64,000 nt of DNA, taken from positions 17,236,001-17,300,000 of the forward strand of contig NW_025964383.1 in NCBI RefSeq assembly GCF_023055435.1. Direction: 5' to 3'. Both the position numbers and the translations under genes were made by a program. The first letter of the stretch is position 1. The number at the start of each line of letters is the position of its first letter. The notes beneath the pieces are model-generated. The model was given only the letters and a program-made list of their open reading frames with translations, was not told where the DNA came from and did not search any database. The DNA comes from Haliotis rufescens. Taxonomy: Eukaryota. This document shows, one piece after another, positions 1-13,000 of this stretch.

Positions 1-289
1 GAGGATGTGTAGCGTACTTAAGAAAAAGGGACTGGTATTTAGGCCTGGGACGAGTCTAAATTTACTACCCGGGTACCCTCACCCCTTGTACCCGACCCTA
101 CCTGGGTACCCGCTGTTGGTTTCAAGAGATGGGTACAAAATGTCAGACTGGGAATAGTTTAACAGTAGCCCGAGTAAAATGTATAAAAAGATCTGGTGAT
201 GCATATACACTCAAGTTGACAGAAGTTTGATCTTTATTCAAACATATATGTCATAAGGAATGCATTCATAGTCATGAAGAATGCGATTC

Positions 290-521
290 GCTGTGCAGAG
301 TTGCGTCCCTTGGGCACGACAGAAACCTATGATTGTGGGTTCAAATCCCAGTTCGCCCCGATTATGTTTCTAGGTTTGTCAGCACCATACCCGTGCTCGT
401 GGGTTTTAGCAAAGTGGTAAACGTCTGGGGCCTGCACCACTTCGGGCTTTCCTCCCACATTAAGCTGACAACTGGAATACTGTTAAAAGCGGCGTTAAAT
501 CCAACTCACTCACTCAATCAC
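290..521 (+). mobile_element. tRNA-derived SINE family A, 5'-partial copy
   Basis: Close match to 8309-8590; B box GGTTCAAATCC; (ACTC)n tail. Confidence 0.8.
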
Positions 522-617
522 TTTTTAGGGGCTACAGATAAGCTGTGAATCAGCATTTAATTGCAAATATGATTACTTTTGAGTTTTTGCATACGAGCAC
601 TTGTGTCAAGGTTGTGT

Positions 618-1060
618 TTTTTTTGTTGTTGTTGTTTAACGCCGCACTTAGCAATATTCCAGCTATATGATGGCGGTCTGTAAATACCGTATTCAACGTA
701 ATAAGCGCCCAGGGCGCTCTCAAAATTGGAAATAGGGGGCTCTTTTAGAATATTATTTTGGTGAAAAAAAACAGAGTTAAAGGATAAATTTTGTGGTTTA
801 TGCTGACAGCCTGAAATGTTTATATATGACAGATTTATTTTTCCAGAATTTAATTGCCCATAATTAAGGATGCATAAACACACGAGTGTAATATACGTGA
901 ATAAATAAGTCTTGTGTACATTGATCAATCTGAAGGGGTGCTAATTGGGATTGTTCACTAGCCAAAATATAAGCAAATATCGCCGTGGCGCTTTTTAGAG
1001 CGGGGCGCTTATTACGGCGAATACGGTAATCGAGTTTGGACAATTGACATCATGAGCAAT
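618..1060 (-). mobile_element. SINE family C 3' fragment interrupted by a MITE
   Basis: Matches 5435-5560; the empty site GTAAA-TA-ATCGAG is restored when 687-1028 is removed. Confidence 0.65.
687..1026. mobile_element. Tc1/mariner-type (Tc2/pogo-like) MITE
   Basis: About 24-bp TIRs CCGTATTC(G/A)ACGTAATAAGCGCCC; TA duplication confirmed from the interrupted SINE. Confidence 0.85.
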
Positions 1061-1610
1061 ACAGGTTATGATGTCCATGTGCAGTCAGAACTTGCATGAA
1101 GACTACTGCAGTGAATAATGCACAATGGTGCCTCATGCTTAGTATGACTTAGAGTGGGGATTTATCTAGGTTTCAAACCGATGTGCCCTTGGCAGACAAA
1201 TTGGGAAAAGAACCGTATGAATTGTTCAAAATTGGGTATTGTCATGAAAAGTTCATATTCAGGGGTATTTTAATATTTAATTCAATGGAAAAGTGAACAA
1301 TTAAACATTATGGACTTCTCTTGTTTATTGGTCCTGTTTTCAGTGAAATGCAACACACCTCTGCAAAGTAACAGCAATAATTGTTATAATAGTAACATGA
1401 CTTGGCAAATATTTACTTCCAATTTGGAAAGTTTATTGGCATTTTCTTCAGACTTGGGACCGGATATCGGCCTCTGAGCTGGTCTAGATAAATCAATGTT
1501 GATCGCTTTTGTGTTCTTCAAGTGTAGGTCATGTGACTTCCTCTTTAAGGAATCACATACAAAATGTATACCAGACAGTTATGGGCTGTTATCCCTGCTG
1601 TAATGGCCAA

Positions 1611-1750
1611 GACCGCCTCCGTGGCATTTGGGAGCATCTGCCCTGAGAGCGGAATGCCACGTCATACCAAAAGACGTCAAGAAAAGATGGTACTTGTTGT
1701 TACCCTGCCTGGCGCTCGGCATTAAGGGGCTTAAACAAGAACTGGTCGTC
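1611..1750 (+). mobile_element. SINE family D fragment
   Basis: GTCATACCAAAAGACG...TGGTACTTGTTGTTACCCTG shared with 11180-11531. Confidence 0.7.
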
Positions 1751-2721
1751 TTGGAGAAAAATATGTTGTGTACAATGAGAATAATACATGCGAGTCAATA
1801 CTCACTGGCTCGAAAAAATATCCGAGGCATATATGGAGGGACGGTAGAGTGAGAGGGCTGGATTATTTGACTGGTTTGTTTCATCACAGTGCCCAGTGAT
1901 GCTCATAGGGTGTTCTGTACCAGGGTACTATCAATATTTGTCATATACCAGCGTTCCTGTTTACCAGTAACTACCATTTTTTTACCGGTAAAATTAGTCC
2001 CTGTGGACCGGCAAATAAAGTACTTTATAATTCTTTGTTGTTGTACAAAACATCAGGGATATTCATAAAAGTACATTTTTTTAACAAAGTCAGCATGTCT
2101 GTTACCATCAGGGTTTCCCCTTGTCTATTTCTGGTTAAATATCCATTTTTAGCGACCTTGTCTCGAAATATTAAAAAAAGAAGAGAAAATTGTGACTGAA
2201 GTTTGTGTGAATGACATAAAGATCTAACTAAGTTACTTCAGACATGACATCTTTGCACTGAACATGATGTTGAAAGAATTAAAGCCAAATAATTTTTATA
2301 TGTTTTTTTATTTGTTGAAAGTTGGGACTGGCAAAAATTCGGGGGACAGGTAATTTTTAGAGTTGCCAGTCCACAAGGACTGGCAGTTTCAAAAGCCAGC
2401 GGGGACACTGTATACCTGTCAATGATAAGAGGCATTTTGCATGTGCGATAGAGCCAACATGGAGAAGGTCATACCACAGGGGTGTAATAACCAGACCTGT
2501 ATTACATCCCCTGTGTCTTGTCAATGTGTTTTGAATGGATGATCGATATCAGCCTGGGTGGTAAAAAAATTAAGAGTTACATGTACATCACTTAGGGCGT
2601 CACCTGCTCGTCTGCTCAGCTAGCTTTCCTGTGACAATGACTTCCAAACAAGGTGAAAATGTCTTGCACTCACTTGCAAATAGTACATTTTACAATTTTA
2701 TGTTATGGTATATGATAAAAA

Positions 2722-3183
2722 GGTTATTATATGTCAATTTTCATATGACACCCCATATCAACCCTCGACCCCCATATCAGCCCCAGGGCCGAAGGCCAAA
2801 GGTCAGAAGGCTGATACCGGGGTCGAGGGTTGATATGGGGAATTACCGTATTCGACGTAATAAGCGCCCAGGGCGCTCTCAAAATTAGAAAGAGGGGGCT
2901 CTTATTAGAATATTATTTTGGTGAAAGAGTTGAAAGATCGTAAATTTTGTGGTTAAGGCTGACAGCCTGAAATGATACGAAAGAAAAGTCTGTGCGTATT
3001 AGACACGCCAGATAAATTTTTCCAGAATTTAATTTCCCGTAATTAAGGGTGCATATAACACATGGAGGGTGCCAATTGGGATTGTTCACTAGCCAATATA
3101 TTAGCAAATATCGCCGTGGGCGCTTATTAGAGCGGGGCGCTTATTACGTCGAATACAGTATATGAAAACTGACACCTAATAAC
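2722..3183. repeat. Palindromic (foldback) element interrupted by the 2846-3158 MITE
   Basis: CCCCATATCAACCCTCGACCCC / GGGGTCGAGGGTTGATATGGGG arms; outer arms GTTATTA..TGTCAATTTTCATA / TATGAAAACTGACA..TAATAAC resume after the MITE. Confidence 0.7.
2846..3158. mobile_element. Same MITE family, copy 2
   Basis: Same TIRs and body; TA flanks. Confidence 0.85.
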
Positions 3184-5434
3184 TTCTATGTATCTTGTGA
3201 ACATAAAGGAACATATTGATATGTACTTCACTACCTTGAACACAATCAAATTGTACTTTGAACCCAAAAATTAGTAAACATTTTGAGATTTCAAAAAAGT
3301 AAATAATATGTTTTAGATGTATATAAGGGTTCTAACTAAAGGTTTGACTCGGAAAGTAAATTAGCTCGTAATTGTGTTTTGGGATTAGCCCCATTGTACG
3401 CATGCTGAAAAAACTTTGTCGGGTATTTACATGTGCTGTTTTTATACATTTGAGTTTTTCATTAAATGCACGCATTTCTGTAAGATAATTGAAAGTAATT
3501 GGGTTTCAATATTTTTGGGGGGTATTTTACGCAAATACACAGCTTATCTGTAGCTCTGGTAGAGCAGTTTGTAACATTCTTTTACCCAATAAGTATTTAA
3601 ACAGCATTGTTAGTTTTGTATGTCTTTACAATTGTTGTGGACACATTAGTCTGTACTCTGTAGAGCCATCGCTTGTTTTGGCTTGTGATTGGAGTTTGAG
3701 TAACAAAATGGATGCAGAAGACGTTTTTCATCAAAACCAAACCAAACCATGCTAAGAATGATTTCTAATTTTAGTCAGAAAATTTCACAGTTTAGACACC
3801 AATTACCCCAGATATTCTTATAAATGGTCCAAAAAATATTCCAAAGGTTTGTTTTATTTTATCATGATGTAACTATCTTAGTGTAACGGCTAAAATCTGT
3901 TGTGCTATTTTCAAACAGAGAAAGTCAGTCCTTCATTGTCATTTTTGATATAATAAGAATTAGAAATGTGTATTTATTGCTTATAATATATATTTTTTAA
4001 GTGTGTACATAGAATATAAGCATGTATATTTTACCCATCTTAGTCTCCTCTAACTCTGTATAGAGTAGCCCGCCTGTTTTCCATCTTCTGTCCTCCATTT
4101 TTTAATGTACCCAGCTATTCCTAATTGTCTCAATTTGGGATTGGCACGTTTCCTCTGGGATTGCGCCTACATCCCAAAATGCCTATACTCTATAAAACCA
4201 ATTTATATTATCGTTTCAGGTAATTTCCAGTTCTCACTAAATTTATAGGATTACATTTAAGTTTGCCTTTGAGGATAAAAAGCTTGAATCACAGTGAAAT
4301 AAAAACGTTAATTTCAATTTACTTAACAATACGTACTAAAAACTAATTAAAACATTGATAAACAGTAAAGACATGTACTGACAAAGCCCATACCTATATC
4401 ATCGGCCACAAGAAACCTTGTCCTGACTAGAGGTATAGAAGTATCGACAGCTCCCCAACATGTAGACAGTGCCCACATAGAGAGATGATCATATTTTTAT
4501 TATTAGGCCATTTGGGAGTTGTCGTGTAAATTATGAAAACATGTTTGACACAGTCCCTGAATACTGGGCATTGTGCAGTGTCGTCACAGTGGATTTCTTG
4601 AATGGAGGGTGTGGCTAGCAGAGGTTGTTTTATTGGTCATGTGACATGGATATACAGGTAGGGCATAAAAGTCGTGTCTCTGAGTGTTGACAGGTCGTAT
4701 AAACTGGTTGGCTTTGTCGGGGTTGATGAAAGAGGCGTTATTGACGTAGTGTTGGCACAGGGAGCTGTGACGTGATAATAGAAGTGATTGAACTGTGTGA
4801 TGTCATTGTTATTGTGCTTCGTTATTAACCGCGGGGAGATTTAATGTAATGTCGTAACTTGTTTGTTATGAGTTAACATTCTGTGATTCAGTACATGCAC
4901 CGAAAGCCATGCATTAATAACAGTAGAGGAAACTGTCTTTGACTTTAGCTGGGTGTTATTGATTGAAAAGTTTAGTATTGATATATTGACTCAAATGTAT
5001 CCTGATAAATTGATATATCGATTAATATATAAATTTGGTATTCTGCATGTTTATGGATAAACATTTGCTGTCGAAAGGAAGAGACGTCAACTTTTTTATT
5101 ATGAGGAACACATTTAGATGTATATGCTTACTCCTTCATCAGGTGAATAAGTGCTATGAAACAGAGAACATATATATGTATAAGAAAATCGAAAGGAAAC
5201 AGATACCATACTTTGAAAAGGCACTAATTAATTGTTTAGTTTTGGCTTCAGTTTGTCCATTGCTAATCACCTATCAGCACCGATTCACTGTTGGCTTCCC
5301 TTGTTTAGTTTCAACACAATGATGAAGCCAATTTAACAGGAAGCCAATTAACCTGGATTAAATTACTTAGGTGGGATGATTGGGAAACCTATTGCTTGAT
5401 GCTTCATCATGTTCATAGTTGGTGGATGTGAGGA

Positions 5435-5680
5435 TTGTTTGTTTGTTTGTTGTTTAACACAGCACTCAGCAATATTCCAGCTACATGATGACGTTCTGTA
5501 AATAATTGAGTCTGGACCAGGCAATCCAGTGATTGATATCATGAACATCGATCTACGCAATTGGGATACGGTGACATGCATCAACCAAGTCAGCGAGCCT
5601 GACCACCAGATCCTGTAAGTCGTCACTTACGACAAGCATGGGTTGCTGAGGACCTATTCTACCCCGGAACTTCACGGGTC
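5435..5680 (-). mobile_element. SINE family C, near full length
   Basis: Reverse complement of 7093-7306 and 21389-21645; AAAC-rich tail. Confidence 0.8.
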
Positions 5681-5992
5681 GCGGATCAGATGAAGTGGCC
5701 TTGATCGCTATTACAGTATAAAGAAGGTTTTTTTCATGAACTTTTGCCTACTGTCATCCACAAACTTCTAAGAATTGCGTATTAAAAATTAATTTAGTTT
5801 GATTCAAGTTGTCCACACAGCATACTATGTGTCAGATAGGCTACAGCTTAGGATTTATTTATTCAGTAGTGTAAACAAAGCTTTGATTCTCTCCCTTTGT
5901 CCTGTTATCAGTGATATAAAGCCATGACTTTTGTCAAAACAATATTAACTTGAATTTGGGATTTTAACATCTTCCCAAAGCAAGGGCATTAA

Positions 5993-6450
5993 AGGGACAC
6001 TAATCTCTGGCTTCTTCTCGGCTGTCTGACACTGGCCGCTGGGGCTCACAAGGTGCTCGAGTCGATTTGCTGGCTAACGTAACTGAGCGTGACAAGAGAC
6101 CGGGCTACCGTCTGTAAAGACAGCGTAAATAAACTTGGAGGCAATGTTTGTTTTGCGCATTTTTGAACACTGATTTGTTAACCGTGATCTATAAAGATTT
6201 CGACAAAGGGCGCATGTTGATTAATTTCTTCAGCCTAAAGCAACAGACAAAAAGAACGGCGGAGCTCATCGGATGTCGTCATTTGGAAATACCCCTGATG
6301 GTTATAGTTTAATAATAAAAAGAAGTATACATGCAGTGAAAGCATTTTTGGATTTCGGATTGCGTTGATAGTACGATTACTACTCCCTTGTTGTCATCCA
6401 CGTTTTATGGTATAACCCTAACACTTGTGTATCTGTCGTCATTCAGCTGA
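5993..6450. mobile_element. Partial relative of the Kolobok-like element at 15637-17687
   Basis: TTAA|AGGGACACTAATCT terminus; 6075-6450 is the reverse complement of about 17235-17612. Confidence 0.65.
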
Positions 6451-7092
6451 GTCCCAAACTAACTAAATCGCTTGACACCTGCACATTTATTTGACACCTG
6501 CACATTTATACCAGTAGCTCCCCAGCAATAGTTACACAACAAACGTTGAAACAGAAGTGGTCTTTGACATGACACTAACTTTTATAGATTTTTTAAAGTG
6601 AGTGAGTGAGTGAGTGAAAGTTCAATGTTGCCTCAGTCATATAGCAATTGAAAATTTAAGAACCCTTAATTAGAATTAAATTGAAGAAAAAAGAATGGAA
6701 ATAATAAACCCTAGGCCCATCCATTTTTTTTTCTAATTCCCCCCCAAAAATGTGAATTAATCCCATGTTAATCCTGTCTCAGACAAATGCCATGTGAATG
6801 CTGTGTGTTCTTCTTCACCATGTTGAAATGCACGTACCATGTTTTAGGTACACTGATAACACTCCTGTCGATATAGGCATATTTACTGACCTCAGCGTCT
6901 TCAGTGATTCATGTAGATAGGGCCCCACCCAACACACTTTGCTATAGCTGTTATGCATATCGTGTACAAGTGTCTTTATCTTACCTTACATTAAAATGTT
7001 AACTTTTGATTGGTTAAGGAGTGGGGAATTATTATCTCCCCGGTTTGAAAAATGTGGGGATATAGCAATCACCATGTCTGTCTGTCTGTCGA

Positions 7093-7306
7093 TCCGGGGT
7101 ATAATTGGTCTTCAGCAACCCATGCTTGCCGTAAAAGGCGACTATGCTTGTCGTAAGAGGCGACTAACGGGATCGGATGGTCAGGTTCACTGACTTGGTT
7201 GATGCATGTCAATCACTGGATTGTCTGGTCCAGACTCGATTATTTACAGACCGCCGTCATATAGCTGGAATATTGCTGAGTGCGGCGTTAAACAACAAAC
7301 AACCAA
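7093..7306 (+). mobile_element. SINE family C
   Basis: GGTCTTCAGCAACCCATGCTTG...GCGGCGTTAAACAACAAAC. Confidence 0.8.
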
Positions 7307-8308
7307 CTGTCTGTCTGTCAGCTGTTCGATTTCCGTTTCTGTCTCCAAAACTGTTGAATACTTCTTTTTGAAACTTGCAGTATAGATCAGTCTAGTGGGG
7401 AACTGGGTGCCTTTTGATGATTTGAGATTTTCCTTTTAAATAATTATATGTTTTAATGACGACAAGTTGGACTTTACTGAAAAAGAGGGTAGTGCTTGTT
7501 TCCGGAGCAGATCTCCTAAACCGTTGAATATTTCTAGATGAGACTTGCTATACAGATGAGTCTAGTGGTGAACTGGTGCATTTTGATGATTTGGGATTTT
7601 GAAAAATACTGAACAGCATTATTTTTTCTTCACTGAACTGAAGGTATCCAATGGCAATGAACCGAAAGTGGGGTATAAGTAGCCAAACTCTGTTTCTGAA
7701 TTGCACCAGACCGGGAGGATATGTCATCTCCTGATGATTCTCGTTTTCAATGTACTCCGCTGAAAAATCAATCATAACACATCTAACTTGCTTATCTCGC
7801 ATGAGTATCCTTGAGTCTGAAATAAACCGATGTTGATCTGAATGCATTTGAGAAAAGGGAAGTAACTCAATATATTGCTAAAAGCGGCGTAAAACCATAC
7901 ACACACACTCACTCACTCTACTCCACTGGGACATAGGTTAGGCTAGTTCTTCAGGACCCTATGATGACATTTTGTTAACATTTCCATTTACAGATCTACC
8001 AACTTGATTGAAAAGACACCATCATGAAATAAAGTCGGAGTTATTTATGTATGTTTCAATTGTCCATCTGCTGAACATGTGACATGCAGAAAAGTAGAAA
8101 GACACAAGAAAGTGCAACCAAAATGCTCCTGTTACCATGGTTACTTGCTTAAAAGGATGACTGATGAAATGCAAAGTATAGTCTAAGATACCACAAGGAC
8201 CTAATAAAGAGAACAAAAGTGGTATCTTTATAATGGTTTTTGTAAAGAGAATTATCCCCATCATTCAATTGAGCGGTCTTACCGCAGTTCAGCGTTCTCA
8301 CTAAGATC

Positions 8309-8590
8309 GGGGGGCACGGGTGGCCAAGTTGTCTAAGGCGCCGTGGTACGCTGTGCAGAGTTGCGTCCCTTGGGCACGCCAGAAACCTGTGATTGTGGGT
8401 TCGAATCCCGGTTCGCCCCGATTATGTTTCTAGGTTTGTCAGCACCATACCCATGCTCGTGGGTTTCACCGAAGTGGTAAATGTCTGAGACCTGCATCAC
8501 TTCTGGCTTTCCTCCCACATTAAACTGACACGCCGCGATATAACTGGAATACTGTTAAAAGCGGCGTTAAAACTCAACTCACTCACTCAC
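8309..8590 (+). mobile_element. tRNA-derived SINE family A, full length with 13-bp TSD
   Basis: A box TGGCCAAGTTG, B box GGTTCGAATCC, (ACTC)n tail; TSD TCTCACTAAGATC at 8296-8308 and 8591-8603. Confidence 0.9.
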
Positions 8591-9071
8591 TCTCACTAAG
8601 ATCACTTTATGGAGTGGTGCCCAGCACAATGTAGCAGGTGTTTGTTCTCTGCTATGTTGATAATGCTTGACCAATTCATGGAAGAAAATAGAAAAAATAA
8701 CCAAAAAATGTTGTCAGGGATAACTTTAAGTAAATTTCCCAAAATATTCACGAAGTTAATATGTTCAAAAAAAGATGGTGATGGTTTCTTCTTGTTTGAG
8801 CAATGTCTCAAATAAACGTTCGAACAGTGGAGGAGTTTTCTTGTTTGATAAATGTCCCAGCCGACATCTTTCATACTGGTGGTGTAGCGGCCATAAAATT
8901 TCCGAGGCCTGTGATGGGATTCAAACCACAGACCTTCTGATCCAAGGTTTGATGCCTTGTCCACATGACCACATGACCACAGAGGTTAACCCTGTCAGCA
9001 AGCTGACATGGTTAGGATGTCGTCAGGGGGATGACTCCATGCCCTGCTGCAGTGGAGTCTCCCATCTGGGT

Positions 9072-9937
9072 CGATGTCCCAGCTAACATTCCTAACACCT
9101 GTAGTGTTCTTGTTGCAGCAATGTGTCCAAGTACAACTACATCTTCTCTGACTTCCCCCTCCCCGACGACGTCCCAGCTAACATTCCTAACACCTGAAGT
9201 GTTCTTGTCGCAGCAATGTGTCCAAGTACAACTACAGCTTCTCTGATCTCCCCCTCCCCAACGACGTCCCAGCTAACAATTCTAACACCTGTAGTGTTCT
9301 TGTTGCAGCAATGTGTCCAAGTACAACTACAGCTTCTCTGACCTCCCCTTCCCCGACGACGTCCCAGCTAACATTCCTAACACCTGTAGTGTTCTTGTTG
9401 CAGCAATGTGTCCAAGTACAACTACAGCTTCTCTGACCTCCCCTTCCCCGACGACGTCCCAGCTAACATTCCTAACACTTGTAGTGTTCTTGTTGCAGCA
9501 ATGTGTCCAAGTACAACTACAGCTTCTCTGACCTCCCCTTCCCCGACGACATCCCAGCTAACATTCCTAACACTTGTAGTGTTCTTGTTGCAGCAATGTG
9601 TCCAAGTACAACTACAGCTTCTCTGACCTCCCCTTCCCCGACGACGTCCCAGCTAACATTCCTAACACCTGTAGTGTTCTTGTTGCAGCAATGTGTCCAA
9701 GTACAACTACAGCTTCTCTGACCTCCCCTTCCCCGACGACGTCCCAGCTAACATTCCTAACACTTGTAGTGTTCTTGTTGCAGCAATGTGTCCAAGTACA
9801 ACTACAGCTTCTCTGACCTCCCCTTCCCCGACGACGTCCCAGCTAACATTCCTAACACTTGTAGTGTTCTTGTTGCAGCAATGTGTCCAAGTACAACTAC
9901 AGCTTCTCTGACTTCCCCTTCCCCGACGATGTCCCAG
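9072..9937 (+). repeat. Tandem array of 9 x 95 bp; each unit is branch point + acceptor + first 59 nt of the FMO exon
   Basis: Acceptor AG ends at 9118, 9213, 9308, 9403, 9498, 9593, 9688, 9783 and 9878; CGATGTCCCAG at both 9072 and 9927 (855 = 9x95 apart). Confidence 0.97.
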
Positions 9938-10048
9938 ACTACCCCCACAACATCGATATGGCAAAGTACATCGCCGACTACACCACCCATTTCAAGCTGG
10001 AAGACAACATCCAGTTTAATACGAAGGTCCTGTCTATGGAAAAGAAAG
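9879..10048 (+). CDS. FMO: FMO exon (NVSKYNYSFSDFPFPDDVPDYPH...VLSMEKK)
   Basis: ttgttgcag|C acceptor, AAG|gtatga donor; FMO-like FSDFP..P motif. Confidence 0.9.
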
Positions 10049-13000
10049 GTATGACCCAGTGTGTGAGTGAGTGCTTGCGTAATGCCGCAATACTCCAGGG
10101 AACTGATACTGGTTGAGGTTGGTGAATACATACTGCGGATGATCTGGTCAAGGTCAAGGTTGCTGGAGCAGATGTCCTTGGATCTCTTGGTCAGTGTGGA
10201 GATGATGCCAGACTTAGTTTTAGGGAGGTGGTTAGAGTTGAAGTAAATGTACTGGTCAGAATAGGTAGGCTTTGCGGTTTGGATCTTGTTGCTGGGGTCT
10301 TGACCATGACCATGAACTTATACATCTGCGGCATGTTTTCACCAACCTGACCCAGTATCCTACCAAGCTAGTCAAGAGGACCATCTCCAAAACACTCCAG
10401 TACCAAAACCCAAGCTGACCAGAACAGGGCCCCGTTCTTCAAAGCGATCTTAGCGGTACGATGATCGTAAACCTATGTTAAAGTATGGGACTTACGATCA
10501 TCTTAGTGCTAAGATTGCTTTGAGGAACGGGGCCCAGAATCTTAACCCTACATTGGCAAGACTTCACATAAAATAAACAGATTACTTAAGCACCACCACG
10601 ACATGGCTGAAATATTGAGGATGTGACTTAAAGCATAAACTCACTCACTCACTCACTCACTTAAGCACCAAGTAGGCATTAGCACCATCTTCACTGGCTC
10701 CCCATCCCTAGAACCATCCTCCAAAATAATAGGCGTAACCCCACCTCCAACAAGCAACCCCCCAAAGGAGTACTTTAACTGTGACTGTGGGGACCTCTTG
10801 TCTAGTAGATACCTGCATTAAAGAACACAAGACTTCAACAGCCAAAACAGACAGCAAATGAGCTCTCTCAGACCACCAACAAAAGTTCTCAAGCCATTGC
10901 AGCCAGTTTCAAAATGTCTAAAAATCCTCTTGACCAAGACTTTACCCCAAAAAGAACTCTAGGAAGCTATAGAAATCTGCCGTCGCAAACCTTCGTTCAC
11001 CAGAGATCAAGGGTATTACATCCTGGCTGCTGCTGAAGATCTAATTAAGCAATAGACGTTTGAATTAGTATCTTATTAGCTTGTTCAACAAGTTAAGTAG
11101 TACCCAATCAGCCTGTTTAATTTGTTAATGCTTACTATGCCTCTGGCTTCATTTCCTTGTGCTGGTTGTTATGCCAACTGACCGCCTCCTTGGTCTAGTG
11201 GTAGAGCGTCTGCCCGGAGAGCAGAAGGTCCAGGGTTTGATCCCCGCCCGCGTCATACCTAAAGACGTTAAAAGATGGTACTTGTTGTTACCCTGTCTGG
11301 CGCTCGGCATTAAGGGGCTAAAACAAGGACTGGTTGGCTCGGAGTCAGTATACTGTGTCTGAGTGGGGTATTCATGTTAAACTGCGGCATGGTATCTCAG
11401 TGAGCTAGCACTTTAAATTGGCATCAGTCCGGACTAGTACAAGCAGCCACACGCACACATTGCATGCACGTCACAATATAAGTGCACTTATCTTGGATGT
11501 GACATTAAAACCAATTTCACCTCATCTCACCTGTTATTCCAACTGTACATCTGGCTTCGTCCAATCATCTTTGTTCTACCTGTTGTCTATAACCTGTTGT
11601 TTCCATGTTATTGTGCTGCTTATCACAACAGGTCATGCCTTGGTTGTAGATACTCAAGCCCTATAACAACATAAGGATTTACATTCTAAGTTAAACAGTT
11701 ACTCCAGTGATTGATATAATGAGCAATGACCAATGGCTTCGGAACACGATGACGTGTTATCAACCATCAAGTGGCCTCACATGTTACGACCAGCAAATGT
11801 TGCTGGGGAGCTGTTCTAACCTGGAATCTAGTTGGAGAACAGAGAAATATAAGACACCATTATGGAACTGAAAAATTATTATCAATTATGATAATGTGAA
11901 CAGGAAAGTTTTTATTCGAAATACTGTTTTTACAGACTTGTGAAAATATCAATATCTGAAAATAACAGGATATATACATATTGCTGAATACTTACACCCT
12001 GGTATTGATACAGCTGTGTCCAAAGTTGGAATATTGCCAAGTGCGGCGTTAAACAACAAACCAGCCAACCAACTCCAGGTTTATATTGAGTTTGAAAATT
12101 AACTGTTTCTTTGGTGGATTTATTCCGGCAAAGGATCAAAAGGCCCTCATACCGAATAATTTTCAAAAGGCTCTAAATACCGCCGTGGGGAACTGCGAAA
12201 AAATTTAGGATTTTATGAGGAAGGTCTAAGAAAATTATTTCTACGATGAAACTTCGGCGAAGGTTTTTAAGAAAAGTACCGATATGCAATCCCTGCACCG
12301 ACAATGCTGTGCCAAAGGGGAAAACATAAATATAATCCCGAAAAATACATTGATCATTGAAAGTCAATGTTTACGCTGTAGAAATTACCATTTATTAATA
12401 TTATATAATGGGCGGTGGGGTAGCCTAGTGGTTAAAGCGTTTGCACGTGACGGTTTCGATTCCCCACATGGGTGCAATGTTTGAAGCCCATTTCTGGTGT
12501 CCTCCGCCGTGATATTGCTGGAATGTTGCTAAAAGCGGCATAAAACCATACTCACTCGCTCACTAATATTATATGATAATCTGCCATAGATCTGAGCATA
12601 CACCAATATCTGCACTATTTTGGGAATCCTTCATAGATCTGAGATTCTGCCACAGATCAGAATCCTACCATTGATCTGAGACATACATGTATATGTATCA
12701 CTGAGTCTTGCCACGCTTGTAACGAAGCGTTGATGGTGTGTGCAGGTGATGAGTGGGTGGTGGAGACGTGTTCCGTGGAGGAAGATGGTAAGGCCGGCCT
12801 GGACACAAACATCAAGACAGTGTTCACGGCACCCTACCTGGCCGTCGCGAGCGGACATCACGCCAAGCCAACATGGGGCCGCTTCAAGGGGGAGGAAACA
12901 TTCCCAGGTGAGACTTGGATGTTTTATTGCCCAATGCATTTAAAGGGGAGTATGTTTGAGGGCTGGAATACAGTATACCGGATACCTGATACCTTCTCCC

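Larger units (their letters stand above)
10115..11030. mobile_element. Degenerate Penelope-like retroelement relic (inverted RT-thumb piece + GIY-YIG region)
   Basis: Minus strand about 10140-10275 reads KPTYSDQYIYFNSNHLPKTKSGIISTLTKRSKDICSS; plus strand has PYIGKTSHKINRLLK, CDCG, IKEHK, ALSDH and RDQG fragments. Confidence 0.65.

Noticed and set aside
2596-2652. Possible FMO first exon (ATGACTTCCAAACAAG|gtgaaa)
   Set aside because: No FAD-binding GxGxxG exon found between it and 9879, and its phase does not match the 9879 exon
8309-8420. tRNA genes at SINE heads (also 11180, 12410, 21245, 26573, 27712)
   Set aside because: A/B boxes are present, but there is no proper cloverleaf and they run into SINE bodies
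9218-9911. Repeated 72-aa ORFs and a CRISPR-like appearance
   Set aside because: Artefacts of the 95-bp tandem repeat; no unique spacers, no cas genes, eukaryotic context
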